Positions 7,862-15,908 of a stretch of DNA of 32,000 bases are shown piece by piece. Numbering within the stretch: the stretch's first letter is position 1; every line of letters starts with the position of its first letter. Source of the stretch: an uncultured bacterium. GTDB taxonomy: Bacteria > Margulisbacteria > WOR-1 > CAVSGV01. The notes under the pieces are model-generated. The model was not told the origin of the DNA and searched no databases. It was given only the letters and a program-made list of their open reading frames with translations. The position numbers and the translations under genes were made by a program. The stretch is taken from the NCBI GenBank assembly GCA_963699255.1, contig OY969425.1:1620001-1652000 (forward strand). Direction: 5' to 3'.

Positions 7862-9853
7862 ATGGAAAAAGATATATTTAAACGATTGACTCCTGAGGAA
7901 GCTTTAAAATTAGCAAGCGAGCCTAAAAAGAAGGGCAAACTCAAGATATTCATCGGCTATGCGCCCGGCGTTGGGAAGACCTGGACGATGCTCAATGAGG
8001 GGAATCGCCGGCTTCAGAGAGGCGAGGATATCGTCATCGGATACGTTGAATCCCATGGAAGGGCGGAGACCGACAAGCAGATCGGCACGCTTCCGGTCAT
8101 TCCCAGAAAGAAAGTAGAATATGCCGGCAAGGTGATGGAAGAAATGGATGCCGACGCGATCATCAAGAGGCATCCGACCACGGCGCTCGTTGATGAAATG
8201 GCCCATACAAATGTTCTTGGATCAAAATACGCAAAACGATATGAAGATATCAATAGGATACTGGAAGCCGGAATAAACGTCATAACCACCCTCAACGTCC
8301 AGCACTTTGAAAGCCTGAACGACACCATCCAGCAGATAACGGGAGTTGTGGTAAGGGAGACCATCCCTGACATGATCGTTGAAAGCGCTGATGAAGTGGT
8401 CGCCGTTGATATCACGGTGGAAGCTCTCCTTAACAGGTTAAAAAGAGGGGACGTTTATAAAAAAGAAAATATCGACAATGCGCTCAGGAACTTTTTCAGG
8501 GAGGGCAACCTGAATGCCTTAAGGGAGATATCCCTGAGGCAGACGGCTCAGGAGGTGGATGAAGAGCTGGAAGAATACATGAAAGCGCACGGGATCGACG
8601 AGACCTGGCAGACGACCGAGCGCATAATGGTATGCATAAGCCCAAGTCCTAACGCGAAGAAACTTATCAGAAGAGGGGCTTTGATAGCAAGGCGTTACCG
8701 TGCTGAATGGTTCGTTGTTGCAGTGGAAAGCACAAGCTTGCTCGCCGCCAAATGGAGCCGTGAAGAAAAGGCGGAGCTGGAAACGAATTTCAAATTAGCC
8801 GGCCAGCTCGGGGCCAAGGCAGTTACCATGTCCGGCAGGAGCATTTCCGATGTGCTGTCGGGATTTGCTAAAGAAAAACACATCACCCAGATAGTCATTG
8901 GCCATTCCGAAAAAAGCATATTCCAATCATACTTTACCGGAACCACCACCAGCAAGCTACTGGGGCACACAAAGAACATCGCGATACATGTTATCCCAAC
9001 CACAAGGGATGTGCCCCCGTCCGCGAACAAGCTTGGCTGGGTCGATACCGCCATATCCGCCGAAATCACGATAAACGATTATTGGAAGATATTGTGGGTG
9101 ACCATCATAATAACCGTATTGAGCCTGATCATTTTGCCTTATGTCGGATACCAGGCGGTGGGATTCGTGTATTTATTGGCGGTGCTTATTTTAAGTTTAT
9201 TCATATCTCTTGTTCCGATAATCATTTTTGCGCTGCTCAGCGCGTTCGTCTGGGACTTCTTTTTCATTCCGCCCTTCGGGACCATCGCGATACTTAAAAA
9301 AGAGGACATAATAATGAGCATCGCGTTCATTATCACATCTATTATCACGGGATATCTTACGAGTAAAATAAGAAGAGATGAAAAGCTGCTTTCCATAAGA
9401 GAGGCAAGGATGGATACGATGTACAGGATCGTATCCGTTATCGCGGCCGCCAGGGACAGGCATTCGTGCATAAAGGACGTTGAAAAAGAAATAGAGACCA
9501 TACTTCCCGGAAAATGCAAAATATTCGTTAAGGAGGATGATATCGAGTTCGAGGGGTTATTGCGCAAAAGCATCGTTAACGATGAAAAAGAATTGTCAGT
9601 GGCCATGTGGGCTTATGAAAAGGGGAGGGCGGCCGGGTGGACATCGGATACTCTGTCGTTCGCAAAAGCGCTATATCTGCCGCTGAGAGGGCCTTCTGAG
9701 ACCGTCGGGGTTTTCTCCTACACGCCCGGAGGAGAAAAAGCGCTTTCTCAAGACGACATGAACATGCTTTTCGCGATATTGAATCAGCTTTCGATATTCC
9801 TTGAAAGGGAGCTTTTCAGGGAGCAGGCCGTTGGAGTTAAAAAGACCGGTTAG
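7862..9853 (+). CDS. kdpD: KdpD-like sensor (KdpD N-terminal domain, Usp, four-TM block, GAF-like region) lacking the histidine-kinase core
   Basis: A Walker-like GYAPGVGKTWTM motif and the TTLNVQHFESLND block are present. A hydrophobic region spans about aa 405-500. The protein ends at 663 aa (...LERELFREQAVGVKKTG) with no H-box or HATPase motifs. The convergent pyrF stop lies 3 nt downstream. Confidence 0.85.
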   Translation: MEKDIFKRLTPEEALKLASEPKKKGKLKIFIGYAPGVGKTWTMLNEGNRRLQRGEDIVIGYVESHGRAETDKQIGTLPVIPRKKVEYAGKVMEEMDADAIIKRHPTTALVDEMAHTNVLGSKYAKRYEDINRILEAGINVITTLNVQHFESLNDTIQQITGVVVRETIPDMIVESADEVVAVDITVEALLNRLKRGDVYKKENIDNALRNFFREGNLNALREISLRQTAQEVDEELEEYMKAHGIDETWQTTERIMVCISPSPNAKKLIRRGALIARRYRAEWFVVAVESTSLLAAKWSREEKAELETNFKLAGQLGAKAVTMSGRSISDVLSGFAKEKHITQIVIGHSEKSIFQSYFTGTTTSKLLGHTKNIAIHVIPTTRDVPPSANKLGWVDTAISAEITINDYWKILWVTIIITVLSLIILPYVGYQAVGFVYLLAVLILSLFISLVPIIIFALLSAFVWDFFFIPPFGTIAILKKEDIIMSIAFIITSIITGYLTSKIRRDEKLLSIREARMDTMYRIVSVIAAARDRHSCIKDVEKEIETILPGKCKIFVKEDDIEFEGLLRKSIVNDEKELSVAMWAYEKGRAAGWTSDTLSFAKALYLPLRGPSETVGVFSYTPGGEKALSQDDMNMLFAILNQLSIFLERELFREQAVGVKKTG

Positions 9854-9856
9854 ACG

Positions 9857-10669
9857 TCAACCCACGAATCTGTAAGTGTTTATCTCTTCCTTCAGTTTTC
9901 TCGCAGCCTGTCTCGCGGCGCCGGCAAAATCTTCTCCGGAAGACGCGAATATTATGTTCCTGGACGAATTGATTATCGCGCGTTCACCTTTTTTATTTAC
10001 GCCGTAGCGGACGGATAGGGGAAGGTCCCCCTGCTGGGCGCCTATGCCGGGGATCAGTATCGGCATTTCTCCCGCTATCTTCCTTATCTCTTTCAGCTCC
10101 TCCGGGTTCGTGGCGCCGACAACGAGACCGCAGTTGCCCGAGACATCCCATTCCTTTACGTGCTTTGCGACCAGCTTATACAACGGCTCCTCCTTGCCCA
10201 GCACCTGGAAGTCTTTATGCCCGACGTTCGAAGTAAGGCAGAGAATGAATATTCCCTTGTCCTTGTATTCAAGAAAAGGCTCGACGCTGTCATAACCCAT
10301 GTATGGATTGATGGTCGTCGCGTCCGCTTTATATATCTCAAAAACGGCTTTCGCGTAGGCCGAGGCGGTATGGCCCACATCGCCTCTTTTCGCGTCAAGT
10401 ATTATCGGTATGTCGTCGGACGCGTATTCGATCGTTTTTATCAGCGCCTGCATCCCGTATATGCCGTACATTTCGTAGAACGCTATGTTCGGTTTGTACG
10501 CGCAGACCAGGTCTTTGGTCGCGTCGATGATCGCCTTGTTGAAATCGAAGATGGGGTCTCCTTTGTTGAGGAGCGAAGCGGGGATCCTTTTCAGGTCTAT
10601 GTCCAGTCCGATGCAGAGAAGGGAATTGTTCTTCTTGACTGCGGCGTCGAGTTTTTCAGTGAATTTCAT
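9857..10669 (-). CDS. pyrF: Orotidine 5'-phosphate decarboxylase
   Basis: 270 aa with the LCIGLDIDL and ILDAKRGDVGHTA motifs. Confidence 0.9.
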   Translation of the reverse strand: MKFTEKLDAAVKKNNSLLCIGLDIDLKRIPASLLNKGDPIFDFNKAIIDATKDLVCAYKPNIAFYEMYGIYGMQALIKTIEYASDDIPIILDAKRGDVGHTASAYAKAVFEIYKADATTINPYMGYDSVEPFLEYKDKGIFILCLTSNVGHKDFQVLGKEEPLYKLVAKHVKEWDVSGNCGLVVGATNPEELKEIRKIAGEMPILIPGIGAQQGDLPLSVRYGVNKKGERAIINSSRNIIFASSGEDFAGAARQAARKLKEEINTYRFVG

Positions 10670-11190
10670 AACCCAAGCATGCTCTTAGTGAAGAGAGTTT
10701 TATACCGGTAGCCTGCCGCCTCTATGTTCTCCCTTGCGCCTTCCTCCCTGTCCAGTACGCCGATTATCATGACCACCTCAATGCCCGAGCGCTTCAGCTC
10801 GCTAGCCGCCGCTATGGCGGCCCCCGCGGTGGTCAGTATATCTTCAATAAGCACGATCTTATCTCCCTTGAACGCTTCCCCCTCGATCATCTTGGATGTG
10901 CCGTATCCTTTTTCTCCCTTGCGCACAATGATAAAAGGCTTTTTCACTTCCAGCGAAAGGGCGGTAGCAAGAGCGACAGCGCCAAGTTCCGGGCCGGCGA
11001 GGCGGTTGAACGAATCAGGCGGAGGAAGCATACCCGCAAGTTCCTTGGTTAGCGGTCCCAGGACTTCAGGTTTTGTCTCGAAAAGGTATTTGTCGAAGTA
11101 ATATTTACTTTTCCTTCCGGAACGAAGGGTGAAGTCGCCGGTCAAAAGGGCGACCTTTTTTATTAACGCGCCCAGCTCTTCTTTTGTCAT
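10666..11190 (-). CDS. pyrE: Orotate phosphoribosyltransferase
   Basis: 174 aa with FTLRSGRKSKYYFD and the PRPP-binding loop VLIEDILTTAGA. It overlaps pyrF by 4 nt. Confidence 0.9.
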   Translation of the reverse strand: MTKEELGALIKKVALLTGDFTLRSGRKSKYYFDKYLFETKPEVLGPLTKELAGMLPPPDSFNRLAGPELGAVALATALSLEVKKPFIIVRKGEKGYGTSKMIEGEAFKGDKIVLIEDILTTAGAAIAAASELKRSGIEVVMIIGVLDREEGARENIEAAGYRYKTLFTKSMLGL

Positions 11191-12593
11191 TGGCCTTTGT
11201 TGTGCTTTTCTTTCATCGCGTCGCCTATGGTGACGGTCTTTTTCTCATGCACCGGTATCGTTTCGGTAGGTTCTTTGGGTTCCTCCTGAGAGGGCCCTTT
11301 ATTCGCGTCCTTTATGGACAGCCCTATTTTCTGCTCTTCAGGTATAACTTTCAGGACCTTTACGTCCACGACTTGTCCGACCGCGATCACGTCCTCCGGC
11401 CTGGTTATCGGCTTGTCCGATATCTCGGAAATGTGTATCAGGCCTTCGAGATTACCTTCAAGCTCGGCGAAAGCCCCGAATTTCACGAACCTCGCGATCT
11501 TCGCCTTTGTTATCTGGCCTGGTTTGTAAAGCTCCGCCGCGCTTACCCACGGATCCGGCTGCAGCTCTTTCAACCCGAGAGCGACTTTCTTGTTCTCCCT
11601 GTCGACCCCAAGCACGAATACATCCAGTTCCTGTCCGACCTTCAGTAGATCGGAAGGGTGGTTAACTCTTTTCCATGAAAGTTCCGTCAGGTGGATAAGC
11701 CCCTCGACCCCGCCCACATCCACGAACGCGCCGAAATTCTTTATGCTTGTTACCGTTCCGTGGCGAACCTGGCCGACCTCGAGCTCATCGAATATTTTGC
11801 TCGTCTCTGGCCGCGGCTTTTCCGCCGCGGCTATTTTATGGGACATTATTATTTTTCCCTGCCGGCGGTTTATTTCGATTATTTTTATCGGGATGGTCTT
11901 GCCGACAAAACTCTCTATCTGTTCATCAGCTTCCTTTGCCACCTGTGAGGCGGGAATAAAACCCCTGATCCCGTAATAATCAACGACGAGCCCGCCTTTA
12001 ACGGCGGAAGTGACCTTTGCTTCTACCGCTTTCCTGCTCTTGTACGCCTCATACGCCGTGCGCCATTTTTTTTCATAGTCGGCCTTTTTCCTTGAAAGGA
12101 TTATGCATCCTTCCTTGTCCTCGAGTTTTTCGATCAGGACATCGATCTTGTCGCCGACTTTTACGATGTCATTGATGTTGCTGAACGATCTGTCTGATAA
12201 TTCGGCGGGAGGTATAAAACCGTCAGATTTATAATTGATGTCCACAAGCACGCCGGAAGGATCCACTTTTACGACAGTTCCCTTAACGATGTCCCCCGGT
12301 CTGTAACTTTTGAACGTGGCTTCATAGCCCGCTTCTTCCGCCTGGCCTTCCTGAGGGACCTGCGCGAGGGGTTTTATCGCGGCCGGTTTTGCCGCAGGCC
12401 TGGGTTCTATGCTTATCGGGGTGGCCTTGAAACCTGATGCTTTTTCCTCTTCCTGCCTGCCGGTAGGCAAGGTTTTCGGGGCTGATTCGCTCTTTTTGTT
12501 CTCTGCCAGGGTCTCCCTTATCAACGCGTCTATGTCTTCTGTCGCTTTTTCCTTGAAACCTCCTAAAGATGTACCTTGAAACTCTTCTGCCAT
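11187..12593 (-). CDS. rpsA: 30S ribosomal protein S1 (four S1 domains, with a roughly 100-aa low-complexity N-terminal extension)
   Basis: S1 motifs recur: GDIVKGTVVKV, FIPASQV, GQVRHGTVTSIKNFGAFVDV and GAFAELEGNLEGLIHISE. A GGAGG RBS is present (the reverse complement of the plus-strand bases at about 12600-12604). Confidence 0.9.
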   Translation of the reverse strand: MAEEFQGTSLGGFKEKATEDIDALIRETLAENKKSESAPKTLPTGRQEEEKASGFKATPISIEPRPAAKPAAIKPLAQVPQEGQAEEAGYEATFKSYRPGDIVKGTVVKVDPSGVLVDINYKSDGFIPPAELSDRSFSNINDIVKVGDKIDVLIEKLEDKEGCIILSRKKADYEKKWRTAYEAYKSRKAVEAKVTSAVKGGLVVDYYGIRGFIPASQVAKEADEQIESFVGKTIPIKIIEINRRQGKIIMSHKIAAAEKPRPETSKIFDELEVGQVRHGTVTSIKNFGAFVDVGGVEGLIHLTELSWKRVNHPSDLLKVGQELDVFVLGVDRENKKVALGLKELQPDPWVSAAELYKPGQITKAKIARFVKFGAFAELEGNLEGLIHISEISDKPITRPEDVIAVGQVVDVKVLKVIPEEQKIGLSIKDANKGPSQEEPKEPTETIPVHEKKTVTIGDAMKEKHNKGQ

Positions 12594-12686
12594 ATGAATT
12601 CCTCCAGTGTGCCCGTTTTTAGTTGTTCAACTGCCGCATCAGGGCGTTTTTGTGGCAATTTTGCGTAACGAACCGCGCAATGGGGA

Positions 12687-12715
12687 ATATTAGCATAGTT
12701 TTTTAGAGTTGGCAA
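12687..12715 (-). promoter_or_regulatory. Candidate sigma70-type promoter for rpsA (TTGCCA-17 nt-TAATAT)
   Basis: On the minus strand the -35 is at 12715-12710 and the -10 at 12692-12687, with an exact 17-nt spacer. It lies about 90 nt upstream of the rpsA ATG. This is a sequence match only. Confidence 0.4.
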
Positions 12716-12721
12716 GATTGA

Positions 12722-12830
12722 TGAGGTTAGGTAGTTAGATATGGGAAGTGGGTTAGGAAGTGGGAGATTGGAAGTGCTCACACCTCAAACTTCAAACTTC
12801 TTGACCCAACTCTCATTTCCAATTTTATTT
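12722..12830. repeat. Dyad low-complexity element: a G/A/T arm carrying 3 copies of GGAAGTG, then a C/T/A arm carrying tandem AAACTTC
   Basis: GGAAGTG occurs at 12744, 12756 and 12770. AAACTTC occurs at 12787 and 12794. C is almost absent left of about 12777 and G almost absent right of it. The element lies just downstream of pcm. Confidence 0.5.
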
Positions 12831-13478
12831 TTCTCTCCATCCGTATTTCCCGACCAGTGGGACGAACACGCAGCCTATCGACCCTTCAACTTCCAGCTTG
12901 CCGCCGCGCTTTGTAACAATGGTGAGGGTTTGAGAGAAGGCATCGCCGACAGGTATTACAAGTCTCCCGCCTTCGGATAGCTGGTCCGTGAGGGGCTTCG
13001 GGATCGAAGGAGCTCCCGCTGTTACCAATATTCCGTCGAAGGGCGCTTTTTCCGGCGATCCAAGCGTGCCGTCGCCGGAAGTCACGGTTATATTCTTGTA
13101 GCCGAGCTCTTCAAGAATTTTTTTTGACCTTTCTGCGAGTGAAGGGACCACTTCGATCGAATAAACTTCCTTTGCGATCTCAGCGAGGATGGCGGTCTGA
13201 TATCCTGAGCCGGTGCCTATCTCCAGGACTTTTTCCCCGCCTGAAAGGCCCAGCTTTTCGGTCATGATCGCGACCATGTACGGCTGGGAAATGGTCTGGC
13301 CGTCGCCGATGGGGAGCGCGCAGTCGTCGTAAGCCGAGGTTTCCATGCTTTTTGGGAGGAATTTATGGCGGGGGACCTTTCTCATAGCGTCCAGGACCAG
13401 CCTGTCGGATATCCCGCGGGAAATAAGCTGATCCTTCACCATTTCTTCCCGTATCTTCTTGAGAGATTGTTCGTCCAC
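12825..13478 (-). CDS. pcm: Protein-L-isoaspartate O-methyltransferase
   Basis: 217 aa with a GTG start. QTISQPYMVAIMTE and the LEIGTGSGYQTA SAM-binding motif are present. Confidence 0.92.
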   Translation of the reverse strand: MDEQSLKKIREEMVKDQLISRGISDRLVLDAMRKVPRHKFLPKSMETSAYDDCALPIGDGQTISQPYMVAIMTEKLGLSGGEKVLEIGTGSGYQTAILAEIAKEVYSIEVVPSLAERSKKILEELGYKNITVTSGDGTLGSPEKAPFDGILVTAGAPSIPKPLTDQLSEGGRLVIPVGDAFSQTLTIVTKRGGKLEVEGSIGCVFVPLVGKYGWREK

Positions 13479-13508
13479 GGTTTATTATTCTACTCCCGAA
13501 TAAATCTC

Positions 13509-13536
13509 TTGACAAATATGCCTGTTAACATAAGAT
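13509..13536 (+). promoter_or_regulatory. Candidate promoter TTGACA-16 nt-TAAGAT, placing a transcription start at or next to the speB ATG (leaderless)
   Basis: TTGACA lies at 13509-13514 and TAAGAT at 13531-13536. The ATG at 13545 is 8 nt after the -10. No Shine-Dalgarno sequence is present. Confidence 0.4.
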
Positions 13537-13544
13537 TTATTTGT

Positions 13545-14369
13545 ATGGCGACATTCCTTGATATTGGAAAACCTTATACCGATTACAAGACGGCGAAGTT
13601 CATTATTGTGCCTGTTCCGTATGAGGAAACCGTTTCTTACGGCAAAGGAACAGGGAAGGGACCGGATGCGATCCTCAAGGCCTCACTTCATATTGAAGAT
13701 TATGATATCGACCTGGGCAGCGAGCCTTACAGGGCCGGGATACATGTGGCAAGGCCTATCAAGGCCGTTAAGGCCATTAAGGCGGAGGTCAGAAAGATCC
13801 TTGATGACAAAAAAATTCCCGTTTTGCTTGGCGGGGAGCACTCGATAACCCCTTTTGCCGTTGCCGCGTGCAGAGAAAAGCACAACAACCTGAGCATTCT
13901 TCAGTTCGATGCTCACGCCGACCTGAGGGATAAATACCACGGTTCCAAACAGAGCCACGCATGTGCGATGAGGAGGGTTCTGGAGATATGCCCCGCGGTC
14001 CAGGTCGGCATCAGGTCTATGTCAGTTTCAGAAGCCAAATTCGCCAGGGGATCGGGCCAGATAAGCAGGATACATCTTGCCCAGAAACTTGAGCTTGCGG
14101 AGATCGTTGTGGAACAGCTCTCCAAGGAAGTTTATATCACCTTCGATGTGGATGCGCTCGATCCGGGTATTATGCCTTCCACCGGAACTCCTGAGCCGGG
14201 AGGGTTCGATTATTATGAAGTGCTGGACCTGTTCGAAGCTGTGGCGCGGGAAAAGAACATAGTCGGATTTGATTTTGTAGAACTTGCCCCGATAAAAAAC
14301 CTGAATGCTCCCGATTTCACTATCGCGAAGCTTATTTATAAGCTGATGGGTTACTTAACCTCGAAATAA
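13545..14369 (+). CDS. speB: Agmatinase / arginase-family ureohydrolase
   Basis: GGEHSIT, FDAHADLRD and FDVDALDP manganese-site motifs are present. I chose the start MATFLDIGKPY at 13545. The upstream part of ORF 13365-14369 overlaps pcm and the promoter. Confidence 0.85.
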   Translation: MATFLDIGKPYTDYKTAKFIIVPVPYEETVSYGKGTGKGPDAILKASLHIEDYDIDLGSEPYRAGIHVARPIKAVKAIKAEVRKILDDKKIPVLLGGEHSITPFAVAACREKHNNLSILQFDAHADLRDKYHGSKQSHACAMRRVLEICPAVQVGIRSMSVSEAKFARGSGQISRIHLAQKLELAEIVVEQLSKEVYITFDVDALDPGIMPSTGTPEPGGFDYYEVLDLFEAVAREKNIVGFDFVELAPIKNLNAPDFTIAKLIYKLMGYLTSK

Positions 14370-15777
14370 CTTTTTCTTTTCCCAGCACTTCCACGACATC
14401 ATAGATCCCTGGAGATTCAGCGCGTCCTGAAAGAAGCACCCTGGCAGGATGGATGATCTCGCCAAGCTTAACATTTAATTCTGCCGCCAGTTCTTTGAAA
14501 GCTTTTTCTATGTTCTCTCTTGTAAAAGGAGATGTTTTTGAGAGCCTCTCCATCAGCTTCGCGGCCATTTCTTTTGCCCCGGGTCTGTCCAGATACTTGG
14601 ACTTTGCTTCAGGATCGATCTTGAAATTATCCCTGAAGAAATATTCGGAAAGGGGAACTATCTCAAGGATCGTTTTGAGCCGGTCATGCAGGCACCTGAT
14701 GACCTTTTCAGCATAAGCCTTATCCGTTCCCGGGTAAGCCTGTTCTACGAACGGCATCGCAAGCGAAATGATCCTGTCGATATTCGAATCCTTGATATAG
14801 CGGGCGTTAAGCCAGTTAAGCTTGGTGAAATCGAATATTGCGCTCGTCTTCTGGACCTTTTCGACCGAGAACTTCTCGATGAGCTCGTCCCTTGAAAAGA
14901 TCTCCTGGTCCTTATATCCCCAGCCGAGCCTCGCGATATAATTGATCATCGCTTCCGGAAGGTAGCCCAGTTCCTTGTATTCGATCACGGATGTCGCGCC
15001 GTGGCGCTTTGACAGCCTGGCCTTGTCCTGTCCCATTATCATGGGGATGTGGGCGAACTTCGGCGGCGTTAATCCGAACGCCTGATAAAGAAGTATCTGC
15101 CTGGGAGTGTTGGACAGGTGATCATCGCCCCTTATGACGTGGGTTATCATCATCAGATGATCATCGACCACCGCCGCGAAATTATACGTCGGGAAACCGT
15201 CGGACTTGATCAGCACGAAATCGTCAAGAAGCTCGTTCTCGAAAGATACCTCGCCCCTGATCATGTCCTGGACGGTAGTGGTGCCCGTCATCGGGATCCT
15301 GAACCTTAAGACTTTTGGTTTGCCCGCTTTGAGATTCTTTTCGGTCTCATCTTTTCCCATTTTCCTGCATTTCCCCCCATACTTGGGGGCTTCTTTCCGC
15401 TGGGCCGCAAGACGCCTCTGCTCATCAAGTTCTTCGGGAGTGCAGAAGCAGTAATAAGCTTTGCCTTCCTTTATGAGTTTTTCAGCCCATTCATTGTATG
15501 TGTTCAATCTCTGAGTCTGGAAATAAGGGCCGAAATCCCCTCCGACGTCGGGCCCTTCATCCCAGTCTATCCCGAGCCATTCCAGGCCGTCCAGGATCGC
15601 CTTCACGGCTTCTTCGGTAGACCTTGTCCTGTCGGTGTCTTCTATCCTGAGAATGAAAACGCCTTTGTTCCTCCTGGCAAAGAGCCAGTTATATAAAGCC
15701 GTCCTGGCGCCGCCGATGTGAAGATATCCCGTGGGGGACGGAGCGAAACGGACCCTTACCAATTCTTGATTTACCAT
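14332..15777 (-). CDS. gltX: Glutamate--tRNA ligase
   Basis: The HIGH motif (PSPTGYLHIGGART) and the KMSKS-type motif (RLSKRHG) are present. The start is taken at MVNQELVRVRF (15777). The 3' end overlaps the speB 3' end by 38 nt. Confidence 0.95.
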   Translation of the reverse strand: MVNQELVRVRFAPSPTGYLHIGGARTALYNWLFARRNKGVFILRIEDTDRTRSTEEAVKAILDGLEWLGIDWDEGPDVGGDFGPYFQTQRLNTYNEWAEKLIKEGKAYYCFCTPEELDEQRRLAAQRKEAPKYGGKCRKMGKDETEKNLKAGKPKVLRFRIPMTGTTTVQDMIRGEVSFENELLDDFVLIKSDGFPTYNFAAVVDDHLMMITHVIRGDDHLSNTPRQILLYQAFGLTPPKFAHIPMIMGQDKARLSKRHGATSVIEYKELGYLPEAMINYIARLGWGYKDQEIFSRDELIEKFSVEKVQKTSAIFDFTKLNWLNARYIKDSNIDRIISLAMPFVEQAYPGTDKAYAEKVIRCLHDRLKTILEIVPLSEYFFRDNFKIDPEAKSKYLDRPGAKEMAAKLMERLSKTSPFTRENIEKAFKELAAELNVKLGEIIHPARVLLSGRAESPGIYDVVEVLGKEKVISRLSNPSAYK

Positions 15778-15823
15778 GGGTATGAGTATACAATAACAAA
15801 AATCAATTACCAATTACAAATTT

Positions 15824-15908
15824 CAAATGACAAATAAATCATTAAATGACAAATCAATAAATTTTAACCTATTTGGATTTTTCAGATTCATTTGGGTTTT
15901 GTCATTTG
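15824..15908. repeat. Inverted repeat CAAATGACAAA / TTTGTCATTTG within an A-rich arm and T-rich arm dyad
   Basis: 15824-15834 is the perfect reverse complement of 15898-15908. A second AAATGACAAAT copy lies at 15844-15854. The left arm contains the annotated ATG at 15827. Confidence 0.55.

Noticed and set aside
12741-12980. 79-aa + strand ORF starting in the GGAAGTG repeat region.
   Set aside because: Its N-terminus is just the translated repeat (MGSGLGSGRLE) and the rest is antisense to pcm.
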